Of a DNA stretch of 31,666 nucleotides, positions 26,469 through 31,666 are shown piece after piece (position 1 is the first letter of the stretch; the number at the start of each line of letters is the position of its first letter). Where the stretch lies: positions 1-31,666 of the forward strand of contig JBMFLH010000009.1 in the NCBI GenBank assembly GCA_049971295.1, read 5' to 3'. Under the pieces are notes generated by a model, which did no database searches, was not told the DNA's origin, and saw only the letters and a list, made by a program, of their open reading frames with translations. The DNA comes from Candidatus Ratteibacteria bacterium. Its GTDB lineage: Bacteria > Ratteibacteria > UBA8468 > B48-G9 > DTJG01. The translations under genes and the position numbers were made by a program.

Positions 26469-28883
26469 TCAAATACTGTTCCAGAAAGGTTCTGTCGTTG
26501 GAGCGTAGGTATATCCACTATGAGCCCAGAAGTCAATTGTTTTCAATAGCCAGAAGTCCCACTGAGACAAATTCATAGGCCAGCCATCAATCTGTAAGTT
26601 TTTTGACCATCTATCTATGGTATAAAGAAGTTCACTATCTGAAATTTCCCAATCTCCGTCTGTATCAGAAGGACAATTGGGTTGTCCATAAACTATATAA
26701 GAGCCCCCTTTAGTCATTGTTCTTGTTGTTCCATCTGTCACACTGCCATTTATAAAGTTCCAGGTTCCTTCAACAGGAATTGACTGGAATTCAATTTTCA
26801 ATTTCAATGTGCCATCAGTCAAAGGAAAGATTGAGCCAATGTTATTTGAAACAATCCACTTTACTGTGCCTGTGGTATTTCCACTGCTTGTATATGGATA
26901 CAGTGCCACATCATTAAACCACGCACCCTTAATTTCCCAGTTGGCTGATGCACCGGCTGCAACTGTCGGCAATTGTTCTGTAATAATAAAGGAAAGAGGT
27001 GGATTCAATCTGTTGATACTGATGTTAAGACAATAATAATACGCAAGATTTCTGTCAATCCTGTTATAGATGAATTGTCTGGAAACAGTCACTTTTTCAG
27101 AAATACTTTTTGTCCAGGAAAATCTATCCTTAGGAACAACTGATAATATTGTTTCAGTTGTACCTGTATCAAGATTTACGATAATAACCGGCCCAGAGAC
27201 AAATGCGATACGGTTATCACTTTCCCACGGCGAAAATTGTGGATAATAACCGGTCTGAGATATCAGTAACGACTGGCCCGAACCATCAGAATTCATAATA
27301 TAAATTCGAGGAATACCATCTCTTGTGGTGACAAAAACAACTTTATTTCCATCAGGAGAAAAACAGGGTTGAAAATTTTCGCTTCCTGGTGTTTGCGTAA
27401 GATTCACTGGAGAACCAGTTGCTGAAATACTGGTGGATGTAATTTTTATCGGCATAGAAAATATCTGACGGCCAGACGATGTTGAACCGGTGTAAACAAT
27501 TTTAGAGCCATCAGGAGAAAAACACAGGTCAGATTTTTCTACTGTTGAGGTATTGGTAAGCCGAAAAGCAGAACCACTCAAATCAATTCTTCTTGCGTAG
27601 ATGTCGTTTGAAATCACGTAAGCAACCCAGTTGGAATCAGGAGAAAAGGCTGGATACTTTGCGTTGGAATTGGACTCAATCTGAACAGAATCTGTTCCAT
27701 CTGCCTTCATCACCCAGATGCCATTGCCAGAGTAAGCAATCAAACTGCCTGTCGGGTCAAAAACAGGATAAGAATTATTGCCAACACTTGACGTCAATTG
27801 AACAATACGGTCAGAAGCATCACGCAGGTATACCTGAGATGGTAATCCTGATGTATAAACAATCTGCGTTGGCCTTGCCTTTACCGGATAATAAACTGGA
27901 TATTTTGCGTCAGCACTATCTGGAATCTGTCTCGCATAAGGATTGATTGCGCCAATCTGCGTTAGATAAAGCATTTTTGTCTGATTGAACGGGCTTCTAC
28001 CAGAAAACACCAGCGCTGTATCAGTGCCTGTGGAATCAATGATTGAAACTGGCTGTGGATCATCCTGATATAAAGGTTGTTCTATGAAATAAAGATTTGT
28101 TAGTATGTCTGTGCTTGAACCTGATTGTACATCATATCTGCTAATTTTCCAGTTTGAATAACCACTGGCTGATTGCGTTTGCGTTGCGTAAAAAAACGAA
28201 GAATGGCTATTGTTTAACATTGGTCTGCCCAATCTCGGAAAATACGGTCCAAAAACACCATTGTTTGTCAGATTCGTCTGATCAGAACCAGTTGTTGAAA
28301 TCAGGTAATAATCCTCAAGATAGCCAAGTTTGTGTTTGAAAATGATATGACTGTCGTCGAGAAACTGAACATCTGAACAATCGCCATCCATCAAAGTTAA
28401 TTGTATCAATCTTTTTAATCCAGTTAATTCTTTCAACCACAGTTGTCTGCCTGAAAATGGACCAGGATTTCTCATTTCAGCAGTGAAGGCGAGTTTTGTC
28501 ATATCAGGGCTCAAAATGCCTGAAACCTGATTTTTTGTTTGAGCCAATAGTTGTTGTGTTGAACTTAAATTCTCAAGTCCACTTCCATCATTATTCACAC
28601 AGTAAAGAAGTGTTTCTGAACCTGTGTTTGCCTTATAGGAGAAAACAATCTTTGTCCCATCAGAAGAAATTGAAGGATCTGTCAAAACACCTGCACCAAT
28701 AGCAATTTCAAGTCGTGTGAGACGGGTGGATGTATCAGTGGAAAGGTTATTCACCCAGAGATTATTGTCTTTTACAAAATAAACATAACCAGAGTACTGT
28801 GTTTGCGCCAAAGCAAAATTTATACTCACAAAGCCAGCAAAAATTCCCAGTATCCCCTTTACTAAATTAAATAGTTTCTTCAT
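26469..28883 (-). CDS. Secreted double TolB-like (PD40) beta-propeller protein with cohesin-like and dockerin-like C-terminal domains
   Basis: Signal peptide MKKLF...ALA|Q. Many P.FSPDG.KI[VA]F repeats. IITEQLP...W...VKW domain. DTDGDWEISDSELL..I..W tail. ATG 28883 overlaps the upstream stop (ATGA). Confidence 0.85.
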   Translation of the reverse strand: MKKLFNLVKGILGIFAGFVSINFALAQTQYSGYVYFVKDNNLWVNNLSTDTSTRLTRLEIAIGAGVLTDPSISSDGTKIVFSYKANTGSETLLYCVNNDGSGLENLSSTQQLLAQTKNQVSGILSPDMTKLAFTAEMRNPGPFSGRQLWLKELTGLKRLIQLTLMDGDCSDVQFLDDSHIIFKHKLGYLEDYYLISTTGSDQTNLTNNGVFGPYFPRLGRPMLNNSHSSFFYATQTQSASGYSNWKISRYDVQSGSSTDILTNLYFIEQPLYQDDPQPVSIIDSTGTDTALVFSGRSPFNQTKMLYLTQIGAINPYARQIPDSADAKYPVYYPVKARPTQIVYTSGLPSQVYLRDASDRIVQLTSSVGNNSYPVFDPTGSLIAYSGNGIWVMKADGTDSVQIESNSNAKYPAFSPDSNWVAYVISNDIYARRIDLSGSAFRLTNTSTVEKSDLCFSPDGSKIVYTGSTSSGRQIFSMPIKITSTSISATGSPVNLTQTPGSENFQPCFSPDGNKVVFVTTRDGIPRIYIMNSDGSGQSLLISQTGYYPQFSPWESDNRIAFVSGPVIIVNLDTGTTETILSVVPKDRFSWTKSISEKVTVSRQFIYNRIDRNLAYYYCLNISINRLNPPLSFIITEQLPTVAAGASANWEIKGAWFNDVALYPYTSSGNTTGTVKWIVSNNIGSIFPLTDGTLKLKIEFQSIPVEGTWNFINGSVTDGTTRTMTKGGSYIVYGQPNCPSDTDGDWEISDSELLYTIDRWSKNLQIDGWPMNLSQWDFWLLKTIDFWAHSGYTYAPTTEPFWNSI

Positions 28884-31288
28884 ATTCTCTTCCATAAGTA
28901 TGTTCCCTGCAATCTGCTATTTGTCATATCGTATGTATAACCCGCCTGATTTGCCCATAAATCAATTGTCGTAAGAAGCCACGTATCCCAATCATTCAGA
29001 TTTTCAGGCCAGCCGGAAATTCTTCCATTGATTGACCATAGGTAAATAATTTTCAATAATTCCTCATCAGAAACCTGCCAGTCAGAATTTGTATCAAAAG
29101 GAAGATGCGGATTGGTAATTTTGATAGACGAACTTCCTTTTGTAAATGTCTTAATGCCATATGTGTCGCACCAGCTGGAAAATACCCTGAAATTCCCATA
29201 GATTTCTGAAGCAGGGTTTGTGGTTTTTATGGTAATTTGAACAACGCTATCCTGAAGCGGAGCAATACCTGACGGACCAAAAAGCCACTTCAATGTACCC
29301 GTGGTTGCGCCATTGCTTGTCAATGGAGATGGCGTATATCCATTAATTTTTGCATCAAAAAGCTGCCAGTTATCAGGAATTACCTCAGTAAGAATTGCAC
29401 TGCCTGGCAATGGAATTCTATCAACGTGAAGAATCAGATAATAGGTAAATGAAATGTATGGATCTCTTTCCGTGATGCTCATTATCCTTTCGGCTTCGAC
29501 CACATCAGCTGGCGCATTGGAAACGCGCAGGTGCTCGGCGCCAATTTGTGTAATGACAGGTGTAATATTTTGCTGCGATATATCAGCTCTGCAAATGAGT
29601 TGAGGATTGCCTGACAAATAATAAATGATGTTTGAATTATCAGCAGAAAAGCACGCGCTTGATGGATTTACGGGATTATTTGTAGCAAATAAAACTTTTC
29701 TCTGCTGAGAACCGTCTCGTTTCATAAGCCACACTTCTGGCAATTGATTCCTGGTTGAAATAAAAACAATCGTGTTTCCATCAGGTGCCCATGATGGACT
29801 GTAATTCTCATAGGTCAATGGTGTGATATTTCTTGGAGCACCAATGGTAATACTCATCGGCGCACCATAGGAAATTTGAACAGGGCTGACAAAAATATTT
29901 TTCTTTCCATTCACTGTGGCAGTGAACGCAATTTCCTGTGCCAGTGGTGAAAAACTGATGTCACCAATCACATTACCGGTAAAAGTCAATCTGATAGAAG
30001 ACCCTGAACCATCAGACCTTTTTGCATAAATGTCGCCATTTTTCACGTACAGAAGCCATAAGCCATCAGGAGAAAATTCAGGGTAGTCAACAGATGAATT
30101 TGGGTCAATCTGAACAATGCCTGTTCCATCGGGTCTGACAACATATAACCCGCTTGCAGACACAAAGGCAACCAGGGTGCCTCTTCTATTTATTGCTGGA
30201 TGGCGATTCCCACTTCCAGCAGTAATTCGGGTAGCATTTCCATTTTCATTTCTCACGTACACATATCCGGCCTGAGAATAAACATATCTTTGCAACTGCG
30301 GTGATGTCGTCACAAAAACAGGCAATGTTGTATGCAAAGCGCCAGAAGTCAATCGTTCTGAATATGGATTGACAACAGGAATGTTTACAGTGTATAAGTC
30401 ATAAACATTTCCTGCCAGGGTCCCGCAAAAAAAGATCGCGGTATCTGTTTCTCCATAGGCGGGATATGGCTCTTCTTGAAGCAATGGGTTGGTCTCAGCA
30501 AAATAAAGAAAGTCGGTGATTAACTTTTCTTTGCCGGTACCGTCAAGCGACATTAACTGATATATTTCCCATTTTCTGTATCCAGCAATTTCCTGTACCT
30601 GCTTTGCGTAAACAATTGCATTTCTTGCAGCATTCAGCATAGGTCTGCCAAGCCGTGGAAAATATGGAGACAAAGATTCATTATTGGTAAGGTTGGTCAG
30701 TACCCCTGCAGTTGTCACAGTATAATAGTTTTCAAGGTACCCGTTTTGCATTTTGAGGAGAATCGTACTATTGTCAATAAAAGAAGGATAGGAGCAATTC
30801 CAACCTGGGTCAAAGGTTAACCTTCTTCTGTTTGTGCCGTCGCTATTGCAAATATAGAGTTGATAAACAGATGGATTATCTCTATCGTTGGCTGTGTATG
30901 CAATGGTATTGCCGTCTGGAGAAACAGCGACACCAGTATAGGAGACCTCTGTATCAGGTGAAAGAAAATCGGTCAACCCGCTGCCATCAAAATTCATCCG
31001 CCATATTGTGGGATTTGGTCTTCCATTTGCAGGTGAACTTCTTGTAAAATATATCAATCTTCCTGAACCATACGAAGAAATCGTTAAAATCCTGCCCTGG
31101 TCTGTTTGTGCAAATGTGGTAAGAAGACTTGTTTCACCAGTGGATGTATCATAAAAAACGATGTTTGAACTATTGCTTGAAGAAGTTTGAGAACAGATTA
31201 CTCCAGATGTTTGAGCAAAAACATAATGCGCAAAGGCAGCAAACATAAACTCTGAAATACACAACCACCTGCATATTTGATTCTTCAT
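28880..31288 (-). CDS. Paralogous double TolB-like beta-propeller protein with cohesin-like and dockerin-like C-terminal domains
   Basis: Signal peptide ...VFA|Q. SPDG/WAPDG PD40 repeats. ILTEVIPDNW...LKWLF. DTNSDWQVSDEELL.II.LW tail. Confidence 0.85.
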   Translation of the reverse strand: MKNQICRWLCISEFMFAAFAHYVFAQTSGVICSQTSSSNSSNIVFYDTSTGETSLLTTFAQTDQGRILTISSYGSGRLIYFTRSSPANGRPNPTIWRMNFDGSGLTDFLSPDTEVSYTGVAVSPDGNTIAYTANDRDNPSVYQLYICNSDGTNRRRLTFDPGWNCSYPSFIDNSTILLKMQNGYLENYYTVTTAGVLTNLTNNESLSPYFPRLGRPMLNAARNAIVYAKQVQEIAGYRKWEIYQLMSLDGTGKEKLITDFLYFAETNPLLQEEPYPAYGETDTAIFFCGTLAGNVYDLYTVNIPVVNPYSERLTSGALHTTLPVFVTTSPQLQRYVYSQAGYVYVRNENGNATRITAGSGNRHPAINRRGTLVAFVSASGLYVVRPDGTGIVQIDPNSSVDYPEFSPDGLWLLYVKNGDIYAKRSDGSGSSIRLTFTGNVIGDISFSPLAQEIAFTATVNGKKNIFVSPVQISYGAPMSITIGAPRNITPLTYENYSPSWAPDGNTIVFISTRNQLPEVWLMKRDGSQQRKVLFATNNPVNPSSACFSADNSNIIYYLSGNPQLICRADISQQNITPVITQIGAEHLRVSNAPADVVEAERIMSITERDPYISFTYYLILHVDRIPLPGSAILTEVIPDNWQLFDAKINGYTPSPLTSNGATTGTLKWLFGPSGIAPLQDSVVQITIKTTNPASEIYGNFRVFSSWCDTYGIKTFTKGSSSIKITNPHLPFDTNSDWQVSDEELLKIIYLWSINGRISGWPENLNDWDTWLLTTIDLWANQAGYTYDMTNSRLQGTYLWKRI

Positions 31289-31322
31289 TTACGAACCCTG
31301 TTATTTATTATGCGCCTAATAA

Positions 31323-31351
31323 ATTTTACAACACCAGGTCGTGGATGTCAA
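31323..31351 (-). promoter_or_regulatory. Sigma70 promoter for the propeller/CFI-box operon
   Basis: TTGACA (31351-31346)-17 bp-TAAAAT (31328-31323). Confidence 0.75.
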
Positions 31352-31478
31352 AAAATCTACGATGAAACCCGAAATCAAAGACCCGAAAAACCCCTCTCGC
31401 TTTAAACTTTCGTAAAGGGCAAGATAAAATTTCCTTCAATCCTCCTATTGTAGCGGGTTTTAAAAAACTCAAGGCGGC

Positions 31479-31511
31479 AAAAAACAGGGCGGGATTTCTC
31501 CCGCCCTGTTT
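31479..31511 (-). terminator. Rho-independent terminator
   Basis: Minus strand AAACAGGGCGGGA-GAAA-TCCCGCCCTG-TTTTTT, ~20 bp after the stop at 31531. Confidence 0.92.
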
Positions 31512-31530
31512 GTGGCATTCTCAAAGATGC

Positions 31531-31665
31531 TTAATCATTCCACTTACCCTGAGTCCAGTACATTTCAGGAACCGGCGTACCAGTTGCACCTTTCTTATAG
31601 GTGTTCGGACCCACAAATTGGTATTCACCGGCAACTGTGGATGGATCTGTGACCTGTCCACCAGA
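31531..31665 (-). CDS. C-terminal fragment of an upstream gene, probably a surface protein
   Basis: Open frame ...SGGQVTDPSTVAGEYQFVGPNTYKKGATGTPVPEMYWTQGKWND* followed by a strong terminator. Confidence 0.7.
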   Translation of the reverse strand, partial: SGGQVTDPSTVAGEYQFVGPNTYKKGATGTPVPEMYWTQGKWND

Positions 31666-31666
31666 A

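Noticed and set aside
1012..31047. Many short (60-156 aa) ORFs in the track that lie antisense or out of frame within long genes
   Set aside because: They are shadow ORFs overlapping well-supported genes and have no recognisable motifs.
26469..31288. True tolB genes
   Set aside because: Double propellers with extra C-terminal modules, no TolB N-domain and no tolQRA/pal nearby.
9205..31666. Cellulosome or diversity-generating retroelement
   Set aside because: No glycoside hydrolase or CBM domains recognised, no reverse transcriptase, and no TR/VR repeat pair seen.

Overview
AT-rich bacterial window. The gene mix (DUF4838, UroD-like protein, prepilin with an H-X9-DG motif, CFI-box-CTERM proteins) suggests an anaerobic PVC-affiliated or candidate-phylum bacterium; this is inference only. 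The left third (1-9200) is housekeeping and metabolic: trmI, rarA, 5-formyl-THF cyclo-ligase, rhamnulokinase, DUF4838, a UroD-family protein, ogg and amrS. The remaining ~22 kb (9205-31666, all minus strand) is a cell-surface/secretion locus. It encodes two GspC-like PDZ proteins, a prepilin-like protein, a giant FN3 + 16-repeat protein split by a one-base frameshift, two CFI-box-CTERM proteins and two paralogous double-TolB-propeller proteins. Six proteins in the locus, including two lipoproteins, share one ~110-aa cohesin-like beta domain, and the two propeller proteins end in a Trp-rich dockerin-like module. The best candidate for an undescribed system is this putative non-cellulosomal cohesin/dockerin-like surface scaffold with its own GspC paralogs. 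Also seen: a RAYT-type HUH transposase in the operon that lacks the catalytic Tyr, decayed REP-like repeats, an unlisted 57-aa ORF, and a near-canonical type III hammerhead-like RNA motif at 688-737.
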